A stretch of DNA of 62,104 nt, filler included, from Basidioascus undulatus (taxonomy: Eukaryota), in assembly GCA_000826855.1 (NCBI GenBank). It is 3 parts of 3 records of this genome, joined end to end, with 100 filler letters (N's around TTAATTAATTAA, not from the genome) between each part and the next. Parts side by side here need not be neighbours in the genome. Positions count along the whole stretch, not along the records: positions 41,486 to 62,104 come from JTLS01000365.1; 2 more parts are not named here. One strand, written 5' to 3'. Below are positions 60,846 to 62,104 of the stretch, piece after piece. The notes under the pieces were generated by a model that had not been told where the DNA came from, did not search any database, and saw only the letters and a program-made list of their open reading frames with translations. Within the stretch, counting starts at the first letter, position 1, and each line of letters opens with the position of its first letter. Position numbers and translations under genes: made by a program.

Positions 60846-62104
60846 ATGCTCGCCGCCTTGCGCTCTAAACGGGCGCTGGTATCCGCGCCGGGCTCTGGCT
60901 CCCCGCTTGCGGAATCCCTTATCAGATCCTTCACCACTCGTCAACGGACGGTCCCCCGGCCGCCACCGACAGCCTCCAAATCTTCGCCGCGCACCCCCCG
61001 TCCCTTTCCCTCCTCCGCCACCTCCGCCCGCCCTCGGCGCCTCGACCTGACGCCCGTACCGCGCTCCCAGCGCGCGCACGGTCCACGACCGTCCCGACCG
61101 CCTCAGCCGGCGAGGCAGTCCGATCCTGCAGCCGACATCCCTCCCGCGGACAGCTACCAGCTCGCCTCAAGGACGCGCTTCCTCATCCAGCGGGGGAAGC
61201 TCGATGAGGCCGTGAACCTTGTGATTAAGGAGAAGGAGGTGGCAAATGCGGTCGTTTGGAACCTCTTGCTGTCGGCGACTAGGGAGATTAAGCGGCCGAG
61301 CGATGTGTACACTTTGTTCATGCAGGTGCGTACTGCCACCATTTTTTTTCTGGTGTTCCCGGTGCGGTCATCCCTGAACGCTCCACATTGCAAAAACAAC
61401 AGATGAAGAAGCGCGGCTATGTCCCCAACTCGCGCTCGTACACCGTCCTCTTCCGCGCGCTCGCGGGCGACGGCCAACACGAGCCAAGCGCGAAGGCGCA
61501 AGCCGCCGCGCACACGGTCTACAAGCAGCTGCAGTCGTACCAGACGTCGCTCGTCTCGGAGGTGAACGCGCCAGCGGACGAGCTCTCAGTCACGCCGATC
61601 AACGGGTATCTCTCTGTGCTCGCGCAGCTCGGGCACACGCGCGACCTCCTCGACGTGTACGAGCAGCTGCCCGAGAGCGGGCCGCTCGCGCCGGACGTCT
61701 TCACGTACACGATCCTCTTCCAGGGGCTGCTCAAGTCTGGCAAGGGCGCGGAGGACGCCGAGCTCGGGCGGCGGCTCTGGCTCGAGTACGCCGCGCGGCT
61801 GGACGCCGCCCCGAGGCCCGAGGCGGAGCAGGTGCGCGTCGAGGGCCCGCGCGACATCCCGCGCGTGTGGCACAGCGCGCCCAAGGCGCTCGCGCCCGAG
61901 GTGCGCCTCCAGCCCGACTCGACGCTCATCTCGCTCGTGCTCCGCGTGCTCCGCCTCGGCGGCGAGCGCGAGCACACCCTCGGCCTCACCATCGCGACGT
62001 CCTACCTCGGCGTTGCGCCCGCGTCGCCCTACCACACACCCGCGCCCGCCGCCCACCGCGGGACAATCCCGCTCAACAACCGCCTCATCGACTCGCTCTT
62101 CCAG
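60846..62104 (+). CDS. Pentatricopeptide-repeat protein, probably mitochondrial (3' truncated)
   Basis: Arg/Ser-rich presequence MLAALRSKRALV...; PPR motifs NAVVWNLLL...VYTLFMQMKKRGYVPNSRSYTVLF and PDVFTYTILFQG. Confidence 0.88.

Overview
This is eukaryotic DNA from an intron-rich, GC-rich fungus, most likely a basidiomycete, so the ORF track fragments most genes and I rebuilt them by hand from splice signals. The window is three contigs (1-20655, 20756-41385, 41486-62104; 20655, 20630 and 20619 bp, i.e. size-sorted) joined by artificial N44-TTAATTAATTAA-N44 linkers, so adjacency across the linkers carries no information. Contig 1 carries an intact Pra1/Aspf2-type zincophore, a DUF4188/af470-like monooxygenase, a small secreted 8-Cys peptide gene abutting a GC-rich nad5-like mitochondrial fragment, an asteroid/XPG-like PIN protein, flavocytochrome b2, two pseudogenes (a hypothetical protein and a secreted SBP56/methanethiol-oxidase-like protein) and a makorin-like E3 ligase. 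Contig 2 carries an NmrA-like reductase, a candidate microprotein, APC11, the TFIIIC B-block subunit, a fructosyl amino acid/peptide oxidase, a GH16 pseudogene and an RWDD2-like 3' end. Contig 3 carries a Dcr2-like metallophosphoesterase, a DUF4139/4140 protein, kinesin-1, an MDR reductase, a class I/II aminotransferase, HIS6 and a PPR protein. The most novel-looking element is the cryptic CX3C-ladder secreted peptide with its adjacent NUMT. Decay of accessory/secreted genes next to apparently intact core genes is a recurring pattern. All family assignments come from motif recognition, not from database searches.
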